Source: Lama glama
Taxonomy: Eukaryota
Reading direction: 5' to 3'
DNA length: 64,000 bases
Assembly (NCBI GenBank): GCA_028534125.1
Contig: CM052817.1
Span: 20,834,001-20,898,000 of the forward strand
The stretch's first letter is position 1. The number at the start of each line of letters is the position of its first letter. The notes under the pieces are model-generated. The model was not told where the DNA came from. It saw only the letters and a program-made list of their open reading frames with translations, and did not search any database. The position numbers were made by a program, and so were the translations under genes. Positions 11,925 through 24,517 of the stretch are shown here, one piece after another.

Positions 11925-13269
11925 TTCTGGATGGTCCTACTATATTCTACAAACTTGGTGATGTCAGTGCAATACAAAACCTGCTAAAATGTCAGAGGTA
12001 CCCAAATGTATTTGTCGAACATTTAGGTTCAATTCAACTCTTGTTGCTACTCTCAGATTAGAAGAAACAATAAAGTTCATGGTTTGTTGCAAGTCTTCTG
12101 AAAGACAAATGAAATGTAACATTTTATGAAATGAAATATTTTAATTATTTTTTCCCACACCTTGTTTCTTCTGCCTTTGCTTGCCATTCTGTTACTTTCA
12201 CATCGTTCATGTTAATTTTATACATTCTGAAATCCATCTTACTCTTCACTGTTTTCTTTTTGCTTTCTCCTCTCAAATTTTAATTGAATTTCTTTTTTCA
12301 CTTCTTATGTGTCATCTCCCTTCCTTGTTTTCCTTCTTCCTTAGTTTGTTTGGAAACTGCAAACATGGGGGGATTAGAATGACATCCGTTTAAGTGGAGC
12401 ATATTGCACAGAATGTCTCACCCATAGTGATCAAAAAGTATTATGACATTCATCTGCAGGAAGCTCTTAACATCCATCAACAGACTTTTCTGGCCTCCTT
12501 TGTTGTTGAAATGTGAATTCTGAATAAGGACATCACAGAAGACTATAAGGTCAAAAGTGAAATATATTACTTTCCAGATGAAACACTGTAATGTGTGTGC
12601 TGATTATAATTAGCATTCTAAATAAGGGTGCTTCAGAGTGCCACAAAAATATATTCTTTTATGCTCTTTCAAAATCTTTCAGCAGATTTGTGGGGTGGAA
12701 ATGCTAAAAGCAATTAAGGCCTTTGCCTTCTTTTCTATAGATATAATGTGGATGATTCTCTGTTAAAATATCTCAAAGTAAAGTGGTCTTTTAATTGCAC
12801 ATTACTGTAGACATTTTTGCTATATTCAATTTAAGACATGTCAAATAATTCTCTATGGAAAATAACAAATAAAAATCACATCATAACTACCAATTCTTTA
12901 TCAACGTTTTCTTTCTTCATCTGTTATGTTAAATATGATAGGAGAAGAGATATTCAGTTATTTCTGTTAAAAATCATAAACTGCTTTTATTTATAAAAGA
13001 GAAATGGGCAGGGAGGCAGAGGAAAGAACAAAAACCTACAATCAAATGTATCAGCTAGAATGTACAGTAGTGATTGCATTTCCATATGATAGTCCAATAA
13101 GGTTTCTCATTTACAGGTATTTCATAAGAGAAGTGAGATGTCCTAAAACCTGGTGATTGAGTCTTCCGTCCTTTTAGGTTCATTATCTTACCGTAAGAGC
13201 TCATTTAGCGCATCTCATCCCTGGCACCCACACTGCGTGGGGTGTGGGCACCTTTATTTCAGGAATACT

Positions 13270-13470
13270 TAGCTGGGGCAGGCAAGCAACAGCTTTATGG
13301 CCAAATCGGGCACTTAATCTTTGTATGCTCCAACCCAGCTAAGAAAAAAATTTAAAATATTTAGAGTTGTCTAAAAAAAATTATTTGGGGCAGAGACCAC
13401 AAGTGGACTGCAAAGCCTAAATTATTTACAATCTCTCTACAGGAAAAAAAAATAAAAAAGCCAATCCCTG
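13270..13470. mobile_element. MER58-like hAT-Charlie MITE
   Basis: 'ggccaaatcggg...cagctaagaa...cagagaccac...ctgcaaagcctaaattatttac...gccaatccctg'. Confidence 0.7.
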
Positions 13471-14869
13471 ATTTATGAGGGGAAAAAAATCCTTCTAAAT
13501 TGACAATATTATTCAATGTCTCATGCAGTGCTTGATCATGACTTTCTAAAAAAATTTAATAAAAAATCTGTTACATTTTTTTCTCCATTTATTTTCTGAA
13601 ACTCACCAACTTGTGTGTACATACATAGTGTGGTCACTTTGTTATTACTCAGTTTTTCAGGGAGTTCACACTCTTTACTCCATTGAAATCGATTCCAGCC
13701 AATATTCCAGTGAATTTCATGTTTACTAAACCTAACTGAAATAATATACATTTGCTCACACAACATCTCAGTTTGTATAAAGTTCCTTAAAATATAATTG
13801 CACAGATAGCTATTAAAGAATCTCTATTTGGCCACTTTGCTATTAGTACTTAAAATATTGCTTTCATTTGTGAATTATCACCTTAGATAACTCCAGTCAT
13901 CTAGGAGGTGACTATTTTTAACTCCTTAATCAAAACGTTGATAATCTCTGATTCTGTAAAGAAACCAAATTGGTTCTTGAAGTGTTAATTTACTGTCTGA
14001 ATGTAACATGATCCATTATTTTCTTATCACTGAACTGCATTACCATCTGATCTTTAAGAAAGTCACATTATATGAAATGACAGACTTGACCTCAAAACCT
14101 CTTTTCTGTTGTGCATATCACAGTGTTCTTAAACTAGAAGGACATTTCATGTTTAATATATATCATTTTTAACATTAAGACTAAGAATTTGCAATGATTG
14201 AATTTGTTTTCTGTGCATCAAATATTGAAGTTCTACCTATACAGAGGTCCTATTTTAATAATAATATAAAATGCAGTCTTATTATTTCTTTCACATAGTT
14301 GAGAGTGTTACAGACCAACTTTCTTTCTTTCAAATACCTGTAATCTATTTTAATCCTGTTTTCAATGTATCTAAGCATCGTAAAGATTCTGAAACACCAC
14401 ATGTTTATTTTCTTTCATTTTAGTCGGGTTATTTGAGGATTAAACAACCTGAAGTCGCAGCACTAATTACCTCAAATGATCATGCCTAGAATGGGGTCTA
14501 TTAGAAATAAGGAGATCATTTCTATAATCCTTCAAGTGCAAACAAAAACACTTAAAATTTAAATTTCAAAATTTCAAATACCACAGCTCTGTAGGGGTCC
14601 TAGGATAGCTTTTCCATAAGATGATTATTCTTTCCTGTTAAAAAGTGAAAGCTACTGAAATCCCTGAGAGCAAGTTAGGACTTCAGCACCCCCAAAAGAT
14701 TTCTGTAAAGCTAGCTCGGTGGAGGTAATTCTATAAGATCTTGTCAACAATGTCAATCTTTCCTCTTCTCTACTCAAATTGACATTTCTCTAGTCCTAGA
14801 GAGGAATATAAAAACTCCATTACAATTCCTTTACGTTTTCAAAATGAATTCCCTGAAGGTCTCTGATTT

Positions 14870-15090
14870 TTCATTCATTATTTTTAATGTGACCACTTAA
14901 TGGATGTTTGCTATTTGTCAGAATCCTCCTCCACACAATAACCCTATATGAGATGATTATTGATATTTTTATTTTAGAAAGTAGAAAACTAAGGCTTGAA
15001 ATGATAACCTAAAATTATACAACTAGCACGCTATAGAATTGATGTTTTATTCCAAATGCTGTCAACTTAAGCAGCCATGAAATTGTTCAC
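14870..15090 (-). mobile_element. MIR SINE
   Basis: 'aatcctc...caataaccctatatgagat...tattttagaaagtagaaaactaaggctt'. Confidence 0.65.
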
Positions 15091-15156
15091 TACTTTACTT
15101 TAAAATTCATTCATAGGCATGATACTTGGGAAAAGAGACCACATATTTAATATTCT

Positions 15157-15530
15157 TGTGTCAGTTTGGGTCCTTTAAGGAGCCGACACCAGATGGATTA
15201 AACATGGAAAAGATTAATTGGGTGAAGTGTCTGTGAAGAATAAGGAGGAAGAAGCCAGGTGAGTTTTCTGGTATGATGCAAGTCTGACATCTTTGAAGAA
15301 GGAAGGGAAAGAAGGCAGACTGGGTACTAAGACTTTTGGACTACAGTATAGTACCAAGAGAGGTTCATAGAAGCAGGCAAGTAAGTGTGTGCTTGAGCCA
15401 AAGCTGCCTCATCTGGGGAGAATGGGCCCACCACACTTAGACCCCGGCTGAGAGCACCTTTACGGAACAGTCTGAGCTTGAAAATAGTCAGGATGGCAAT
15501 TACACTGACTGCAGCAAGAGACCTACCTGG
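15157..15530 (-). mobile_element. ERVL LTR (LTR16-like)
   Basis: Begins 'tgtgtcagtttgggtcct' and contains 'gatgcaagtctgacatctttgaag...ggactacagt...ccaaagctgcc', resembling the reverse strand of LTR16. The far end is ill-defined. Confidence 0.7.
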
Positions 15531-18500
15531 TGCATTTCGATGGTTGCCAAAATCTTCAAAGAATGAAAGATGGTATTTTTCAAATAAAAATTCAGGACAA
15601 TGTGATATCAATGAATAGGTGTGTGAATCGTGCTCTATCCATTTCCTTACCTGGTGCACATAGATGCGTGGGTGGCAGGGTAGGAGGCAAAGAATGGAGT
15701 GCAGGAGGGGAATGCTGATGCAGGAGTCTCAAAAGAGAGGCTTCAGAGGCCCATGTCTCATTCAGCTCTGCAGGCACTAGTTCTGGTCAAATTCAAGGAA
15801 AAAGGAGTAACTGAAAGGGAGATCTTAGTTCAGGGAGTCCAAAATGTTTTCTTAAACCACAAGAGGGCCAAGTCAGAAACAAGCTGCAAAACACAGAGAT
15901 TGAAATGAGATGATTCTCAGACCCAAGAGCAATGGGTCCATGGGGCAACTGGGACAACACTGGTGAGCTTGGGATGGTTGGGCATAAAGAACTCCAGTTT
16001 TTGCAAGTCAATTGCATGTTAAGGGGCAAGGACATAATGAAAAGAGAAAATGGAAGATGCTATTTAAATTCAGATTTGTTCTGGAAGAATCTGATGCATG
16101 GTATATATAACACCTTCAATGTTTGTGACTCAAACTAACTCTTGATAAATGTTGAACATTTGAGGTTACTTCCAACATGTTTAATAATATCGAAATATGA
16201 GTTCATGCTGTAAATACACACATACATATATATATATATATATATGGACTAACTTCTCCGCTGAAATTCTACCCCTTCTGTCTCAGCTTTGTGTATTCCT
16301 AAGGTCACTCATCTTTGCAAGACTTTCCATCCCCCAATCTAATGCTTTACCAATTATTCGTTGACAGGGATTTACTATCACCTGCGGTCAGAGGAGATGC
16401 ACAGCACTTCTTGTTGCTATTCCTCCCAGGGAACCAACCGCATTCTGTTAGGCTATTTCTGAAGTCTCAAAACATTCTTTTAAGATCCAAAGGGAAGACT
16501 CTCAAATGAGCAAATGATCTGTGTTTAGCATCCAGCGTGAATCATGTTAGATTAAGTTGTGACCCTAGAAACCGCTGCTGATTTGTGCTATGATCTTGCC
16601 TTCAATCTTTTAGGGAAAAAAAAAAAAGTTAACTTGCAAATGCAGTTTTAAACCACTTATGGTTAAACAAAAGTAAACACACGAAAATTCCATATTAAAA
16701 CTTCAACAATTCAGATAAGGAAATGCTGCTGGTACAGATACAAGCTTTATCTGATTGTTGACCTAGTTTCTCAGTTTCAAAGTCACTCAGTCTGCTTATT
16801 TGTCTCCGAAGCATTTTTGATGTGCACCGCTTTACAACTGCAGACGGCATTTGCATTCCTCCAAGTCCAGAGTACAGTTGGGATAATCTTTTTACCTTCA
16901 CAGTTGTTTTCTTCTCTTAAACAATTGTCTAAATGTCAGGCAACATAGAAGTGTTTTCAAAAAAGGAAAATCACAAGTCCTCAGTCCTAGGGCAAAGATA
17001 TTAAAAGGCTTCAGGATGTGATTTATCTTAATTACCTCCTAGGTTCCTTTCCATTTCTAATGGCTGCCTATAGTTTAAAAGCGTCAGGAGGTATTTTAAG
17101 CGTTTTTCTCTTTTTATAGACTTCCTCCTTCCCAACCCTAACTATTTTGCAAGTTAGCGGACCAGGGCTTCCCTCTTCCCCCAAAATCTCCTCTCCTAAA
17201 TTTCCATTTGGAAATAAAGGAAAAAAAAATCAGGCTTAAAAATACTTATTTCTTAAATTTGACTTTTCTATAGCAACAAGGGCGTCTGCCGTTTCTTTCA
17301 CACCGTAAATCAAATTTAACTGTGTGCAAGGAGACCAAATGACATTGAAAATTAGAGTTTTTGCAGCATTTGAGTAACCTCCAAAAGTTCCCTGCCACTG
17401 AACATGAAGTCAGGGATGTCTCGCTGACTGATCTCAATTCCACTTCTGCATCGGAGTATCGTATAAACAATCAGTTCTCCAAGACATATTGCTTGTATAG
17501 ACATGATCCTAAGATTTAATTTTAGTCTGAAATCTGCACTGTTGTGAGCGCTTCATTGGTTCAATCCCCATGTATCCTCTTTCCTTTATTAGCTGTTCAT
17601 TTCCCCCAGTTGCATAATGTTTAAAATACATACGTTTTTATTAAACAACTTAGTCCATAAAGCATTCTACCTTGATTTTTTTCTCTCTCAAGGAACAGCA
17701 GGTATAAGTTAAACTTCAATATTCTAGTATCAAGGCGTATTATTCCAAAGAATGTATTGTGTTGTTATAAAGGAACATCCCCTTCAAAATTTTAATGCTG
17801 ACTTCCGCAGGACAGACAGGACACAGCTGCATTAACCAGCCAATTGAGAATAAATATGTCACCCTGTATTGCACATAGTATGTGGTTTTCAGTCAGTCCC
17901 ACACTCATCTGCCAAAACTTATGACTCTGAATTATGTTAATGGTTTTGGTTTAGGTCAGTGCACACAATTTAAATACCTACACAATAGCTCGGACTTCCA
18001 TTCCTCGGTTGAAAGTCCTTCTTCAGCAGGATAGACACATTCAGAAAGCTGAAGAAGAGTGGCCAGTCTTTCTTAGTTATTTTCATTTGAGCTCACATAC
18101 TGTCTGACCCATTTTACTCATGTTGCCGAAACATGAGACAGCCTTTTAAAGCTTGAAAAAGCAGTTACAGAACACACAGTGTACACATACACACACATAC
18201 ACACACATAAAATGGACAAATGAGTAAAGGGCCAGGTATCTTTTTTTTCTTTCTTTTTTTTTGGTGCTAATTTCTGAAGTAGAGGCACACATGCGTAAAA
18301 ACTATTGGTGATCCTAAAAATACCAAGGACTCCTTAGCTATAAAAAATAATATATGGCGTGTGGAATGCACTGAATCGATTCATTGTTTTTCAGGGGAAC
18401 ATTCCTATTTTGACCCCTGCATAAATCAGCTAATGTCCTAAAAGCTAAAATTGCATCGTCCTTTCGTTCACCTAAGTATAAATGCAATTACTGTAGAAAT

Positions 18501-18824
18501 GATCAGATTCAATATTCCTTCAGTGTAGGGACTTCTATCGGTTGAGGCTAAGTGAATAAATGTATTTACATACTTTTCAAATAAACTTAATTATTAAGTT
18601 TTTAAGCAAGGATTCAAAAATTTGCTACTTTTCTGGGGAAATCCCCACCTTACCTTTTTATGTTCATAGAAGGTATTTTTACTTATAGTCCTACATGTTA
18701 TTATTTTAACTGATTCAGGGAAAAAAATTCTTGTATTTTTGCCCCCACAAATCATGTAGAGTGAGTGACTCACAAGAGGTTCGATAAGATTTTACATTTA
18801 AAAAGGAATCATTATGTCATTTTA

Positions 18825-20687
18825 AGCTCCAACATGTAAAGAACTGGGAAGTTGTCATTCTTATCCTTAAAATGGCAATGACAGCCCTGGACAGATAATC
18901 AATGCTTTTCCTCGTACCCACTAGAGAACTGAGGTTGCAGGGCAAACTGCCACCTTGAAATCTGCAGACACAGACCCATCCACCGAGGGACAGACGGAAT
19001 CTGCAAACCCAGATTAAAAGTCACCGGAGACCTAACCCAACAGAAACACTTAAAGGGAACTATTGCCTAATGGCTGGAGGCTGAGCGGGGACTGGCTTGA
19101 GAATGAGAACCGGCTGGGAGCTGCAGTCTTACTGTGTTTGACGTCTGGGAACCACTTCAGATTCTTAAAACGAGTATCTGAGAAAGAGTCCCTCACGACT
19201 CTGGCAGAGTCGTGGTCACTGTGGGGAAGTGTGGTCACTGTGAAATACACCCACACTTTCTCAACAATACACAGATCTTCTTCAAGGAGAGGACTTTGCC
19301 TGAGCCTTATCCTAACTGCTGGAAGGGACCTCCGCTCACTTAGTCACCTCCAGCCTTCCTGTCTCACTTGAAGGGGAAAAAATAAAATAAAATAAAATGA
19401 TAAAACCTAGTCAGCAGGGGTCAGGGCTCCAAGGAATTAGATTGGGAATACTTAGCAGTTCTGCACCCAGGCAAGAGAACAGGGGAGGGGAGGAAAAAGC
19501 TACACTGCAGGAGAAACACTTGTAGAGGGCACAGCCCAAGGACTCTGGCCGCTTAAAAGACGGCGATTTTATCAGATGACTGAATGCAGCCCCTCCCCCA
19601 TACCTTACTGCCACATCAACAGGGCTTCGCGCTAATAACAGTGGGTTATATCTGAAAGGGCTGCAAAATACAGACTCCCTCTGAGGAGGAGCACTTAGGG
19701 AAACCAAAAAAGCCAGCTGAATCAACAGAAACGAGAACATTAAAGGATAAGGAATCCTTTTGGCACCTACAGCTACAGCAAACATCAAACACACCCCAAC
19801 TCCTTGCCAGATTAACAGGAAATCTCATAATAAAGACCTAAGTACCTTTGGTCCTATCACCTAATAAATTATTTTGCTCAGCTTTGAGCAAAATAATTAT
19901 GAGGCATGACAAACGCAATGAAAAACAAAGTTTGAAAAGAAAAGGAATCCTCGTAACCAAACCCAGATATGACACATGGTGGAATTACAGCACAGCAAGT
20001 TTAAAAGAACAATGATTAGTATGTTAAGAGCACTACTGGAAAAAGGAAACATCACGCATGAATAGATAAGTATTATATGCAGGGCTATGGTAAGTGGAAG
20101 AAAGAATTAAAAGAAAACGTGAAAAATCAAAAACTGTAAGAAAAATGAAGAATATCTTTGACAGACCCATCAGTAGACATGGCATGACTAGGAAAGAACC
20201 AGTAAGCTTGACGACAGGTTAATGGAAAGAGAAAGAAAAAGAATTAAGTGACTAGAGCTGTGAGAAAGTGTCAAGACGAAAAAAGTGCACAAAATTGGAA
20301 AAGCAAAAGCAGAAGGGAGAACACATTGAAGTAATTGTGGCAGAGAATTTTCCAAAGTGAATGATAGACACCAAACCACAGATTCAGGAGCCTAGAAGTG
20401 TGGCAAGCAGGAAAAACACTGAAACGGCAAAAACAGATCTAGGCATATCTTATTCTAACTACAGAAAACTGAAAATAGAGAAAACTTTGAAAGGAGCCAG
20501 AGGAGAAAACAGCTTACCTAGAGAAGAGCAAGGCTAAGGATTACAGCTGATTTATTGTCAGATACCATGCAAGCCAGAGAATATGGTGACGTATTTCAAT
20601 TTTGGGGGGGAAAAACCCACCTCCACCAAACATGAATTCTGTAGCCAGTAAAATTCTATTTCAAAAGTAGAGAAATAAAACCTCTAC
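18825..20687 (+). mobile_element. Old L1 5'UTR plus decayed ORF1
   Basis: GC-richer 5'UTR-like region ('gagaactgaggttgcagggcaaactgccacc'), then A-rich ORF1 remnants ('gcagagaattttccaaag...gacaccaaaccacagattcaggag', 'gaattctgtagccagtaaaattc'). Confidence 0.85.
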
Positions 20688-21117
20688 GATATATGCCCAG
20701 GAGTGAGATTCCTGGGTCATATGGTAAGTCTATTCCTAGTCTTTTGAGGAATCTCCATACTGTTTTCCACAGTGGCTGCACCAAACTGCATTCCCACTGA
20801 CAACATAACGCCATTTGCAGAACATGGATGCTCCTGGAGAATGTTATTCTAAGTGAAGTAAGCCAGAAAGAGAAAGAAAAATGCCATATGAGATCACTCA
20901 TATGTGGAATCTAAAAATATAAATAAATAAACAAAGCATAAATACAAAACAGAAATAGACTCATCGACATAGAATACAAACTTGTGGTTGCCAAGGGGGC
21001 AGAGGGTGGGAAGGGATAGACTGGGATTTCAAAATTGTAGAATAGATAAACAAGATTATACTGTATAGCACAGGGAAATTTATACAAGATCTTATGGTAG
21101 CTCACAGATAAAAAAAT
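20688..21117 (+). mobile_element. Young lineage-specific L1 3' end with a 5' inversion; cut by the gap
   Basis: 20688 to about 20800 is minus-strand ORF2 C-terminus ([28 protein letters not shown]). From about 20800 to 21117 is plus-strand ORF2 end and 3'UTR. Confidence 0.92.
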
Positions 21118-21617
21118 NNNNNNNNNNNNNNNNNNNNNNNNNNNNNNNNNNNNNNNNNNNNNNNNNNNNNNNNNNNNNNNNNNNNNNNNNNNNNNNNNNN
21201 NNNNNNNNNNNNNNNNNNNNNNNNNNNNNNNNNNNNNNNNNNNNNNNNNNNNNNNNNNNNNNNNNNNNNNNNNNNNNNNNNNNNNNNNNNNNNNNNNNNN
21301 NNNNNNNNNNNNNNNNNNNNNNNNNNNNNNNNNNNNNNNNNNNNNNNNNNNNNNNNNNNNNNNNNNNNNNNNNNNNNNNNNNNNNNNNNNNNNNNNNNNN
21401 NNNNNNNNNNNNNNNNNNNNNNNNNNNNNNNNNNNNNNNNNNNNNNNNNNNNNNNNNNNNNNNNNNNNNNNNNNNNNNNNNNNNNNNNNNNNNNNNNNNN
21501 NNNNNNNNNNNNNNNNNNNNNNNNNNNNNNNNNNNNNNNNNNNNNNNNNNNNNNNNNNNNNNNNNNNNNNNNNNNNNNNNNNNNNNNNNNNNNNNNNNNN
21601 NNNNNNNNNNNNNNNNN
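21118..21617. other. Assembly gap (500 N)
   Basis: Run of N. Confidence 1.
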
Positions 21618-22627
21618 ATTCCTCACGAAAATTTTGGATTCATATTGAATAAATCCATTGACTTAACGTTCCAGTTGGCATGGAATTACTATTTTTAATT
21701 TGATCAGAAATCCAGTGGAGACATTTCCAAAGTAGATGTACCCAAATTTAGTGTAAAATTGCTCCAAATCAACTCTTTAGAATAAGCTATTCAGTTGCAA
21801 TGATTTAACATTTATAATAAGACAATATTATAATTAGTGTCTTCCAATAATCTCAAACTTTAAAAAAAATAACTGGCCTGTGGAAAACAATATCTGAAAG
21901 AACTCATACTTAAGTCTATTTTAAAAGCAGGCTGTAAGATTAGATCACAAAATGGCAATCGCTTAATCTCTTTCCCCCCATAGTGTCCCTTTCACTAAAT
22001 GGCTCAAGCAAATTCTACAGAGCAGTAGAATTTGAGGAGTTTGAATTAAAAAAGCATTGAGCTAAATAATAGTGGGGATTTGGGGGAAAAATAATTATTT
22101 TATTAATTAATATGTAATAAATAGGTTATTAATTTTAATGTTGCTTATTTAAATTTATGAGCAGTTTAAGAAAAATTTTACACTATGGGGTATTAACAGC
22201 ACTTGGTAAAATATTGTAATCATAATAAAATTAATAGTAATTTCTAGTTTTTAAAAAATAGATTTCCAGGATTTATAAACTATTTTTCTAAACTTTACTT
22301 CATTTAATTCCCACAAGAATTGGGTAACATGTTGCAAAACTGGAAATGTATTTAAGTGATTAGACCATGTGTCTAATGTCTCATTAGAAATGAGTTAGAA
22401 AAACAACTTAATTTTTAATTTTTTATGTTTATTTTCCTTTAAACAGCTATTTATTGATTACCTGTCATTTGCCAAACCATTTTCCTGAGTTCTGAGAGGT
22501 AGAAAAATCAATTAGGACATGACTTTGCCCTCAATGAGCTCACAACTTCATAGGAGAGACTGATTTTTTCCAACTATAACACAATTGAGAATAGGATATA
22601 TGCTGTAATAATGTTATATGCAAAGAA

Positions 22628-22820
22628 AAGTGTGCTGGAAACCAACTCTTGGGGGGCAAAGGGCAGAGGGAGAGCCCTGATTTGCCAGTTTTTATGGTGT
22701 AAATATTTCTATCATGGCTGACTAAAACTCCTAGTAGTTTACAAATTGGCTTGAAAAATTCTTGAATATTTAATAATCAGCTCTCACAAGGGGGTATAAG
22801 TTCACTTCAATTCACCACTG
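22628..22820 (-). mobile_element. MER63-like hAT-Blackjack MITE
   Basis: 'gtgtgctggaaa...agccctgatttg...ggtgtaaatatt...cttgaatatttaataatcagctctc...caccactg'. Confidence 0.75.
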
Positions 22821-23029
22821 AAAGTATGACAGAAGCATAAAGGAGGCAGCAATGAATACTGCCTAGAATGAGATTCAGAAAGGATTCAGATCAGAGTGAA
22901 TTTGAGCTAAACCTTGAGGATGAGCAAGATTGTAGGGCAGAGAACAGGGAAGAAGAATGGTCCATGAAGAGGGAATGTTAGCTGCAAATTAAAGAATGCC
23001 GAGAATTCAAGATGTGTATTGACTTGTGC

Positions 23030-23516
23030 GGTTACCAAGTCCAAGCTCATACTGCTTGCCGCATGACAGGCCAATAAACTGAGAGACGAGTTGTTGGGGC
23101 AAGTATCAACTGCATTCAGAAAGCCTGCAGGTTGAGAAGATGGTGGAATGATGTCCCAAAGGACCATCTTGCCTTAGTTAGATTTCAGGTCTCCTTAAAC
23201 TAAAAGGGGAAGGAGTGAAGTCAAACATTTCCTGGTTCTGATCAGCCTCTGGAAGGGATGTGTTAATTTCTTTCTTCCTGTAGTCATTCTCAGGTGGGCT
23301 GGGGTCAGATGTTTCCTGTGAGCTAAACAAGAGTATTTTAGCTTAATGCTCATTCCCTGGGAGGCAGAGTTCCCAGAGATGGGCCATTATGTATAACTTA
23401 AGCTTATAGGCCACACCCCTTTAGTGATTAACTTGTAGCAAAAGCAATAGAACACAAAGGCCTAAAGTAAAAGAAACAGATCCAGTATGAAGTCAGATTT
23501 GTTCTTCCCTATTACA
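23030..23516 (-). mobile_element. ERV1 solo LTR (MER41-like)
   Basis: The reverse strand starts TGTAATAGGGAAGAACAAATCTGACT and ends ...GAGCTTGGACTTGGTAAC. No clear TSD. Confidence 0.8.
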
Positions 23517-23979
23517 CCATGAGCAGAGCTGAGGTTTGGGGCTCTGGAAGCTGAGTGTTAGACTGGACTCAGATTGGTAAGACCCTTGAATGTTGCACAA
23601 GGAGTTGTGATTTCTTTATGTGGAAATTGGGAATCTCTGGAGGGGCTCACAAAACAATTGTAAATATTTGACAAAAGACCACAAGGAATAAAATACATGA
23701 TGTGAGATTTAGATGGAGAATGCAATCATTTCTCTAAAAAGGCACATTCCAGTGGGAGTTAGGCAATGAATCCAACATTTTACCAATTGGAAATGTTTTT
23801 AAAAATAATTTTTCTTGTAATAAAATATTTTAGACAGAATCACCTAGGGAATATCTCAGTGGGTTTTCTATTACAACAGTTATCCACGTAGGTGACATTT
23901 ACTACTTCAAATCGTATCGATTTCTAAATAATAAACAGATGTTAAGTTAAATATCTCCATTAACTTGGTGAAGTCAGTC

Positions 23980-24517
23980 TGAAGGAGGAATAGTAAAATG
24001 GCTGCACTTAGGCTGACAGATTCCTTCCTTTATGCTTGCCCTTGGAAAGGTCAACAAACCTGATTCCTACTCACAGCTCCACGCCCCTTGTTAAAACTAA
24101 AGCTATTGATCTTACTGTTTCTACTTTATTCCAGTAATCAAAAGCTATAATCATGCTTGGTCTCTGAGTCGATCTCCAGGGAGAAGGTCACAGAACTGTA
24201 ACCTTACAAAACAGGCTAAATACCAAGACCACACCTTACAAGAGAAAGAGATGGAAAAAGTGACAACTGCTAGTTTCTATAGAATTGATCACCTGGAGGC
24301 ATCATGACGCAACTCAAAGTCTTACGAATCTGTTGATTGTTTATTGTTGGAGCTGCATAACCACCTGACCCCATCCCCAAGGTGGGTTCACAGTTGAAGG
24401 CACTAGCCTGCTGTGGGTCCCCTTTGCCTGGCAAAGTAATAAATCTGTCTCTTCTAAGCTCCAAGACCCTGTCTCTAAATTATTTGGTTCCTCAGGGATT
24501 GGGCCAATCTTCAGATA
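23980..24517 (+). mobile_element. ERV1-class solo LTR
   Basis: Starts TGAAGG. AATAAA lies in 'cctttgcctggcaaagtaataaa'. Perfect 4-bp TSD agtc (23976-23979 / 24518-24521); the terminal CA reads TA. Confidence 0.85.

Larger units (their letters stand above)
22440..23650 (-). mobile_element. L2 element interrupted by a MER63-like MITE and an ERV1 LTR
   Basis: 'tatttattgattacctgtcatttgcc...ctttgccctcaatgagctcacaa' and 'tttgagctaaaccttgaggatgagcaagat'; resumes after 23516. Confidence 0.7.

Noticed and set aside
19050..19828. Overlapping 60-127 aa ORFs
   Set aside because: They lie in an old L1 5'UTR; the higher GC content explains the open frames.
21102..21626. Long ORFs spanning N runs (also 36614-37223 and 62137-62853)
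   Set aside because: Artefacts of translating through gaps.
23030..24517. Two LTRs as the ends of one provirus
   Set aside because: They differ in sequence and orientation, there is no internal gag/pol, and the second LTR has its own TSD.
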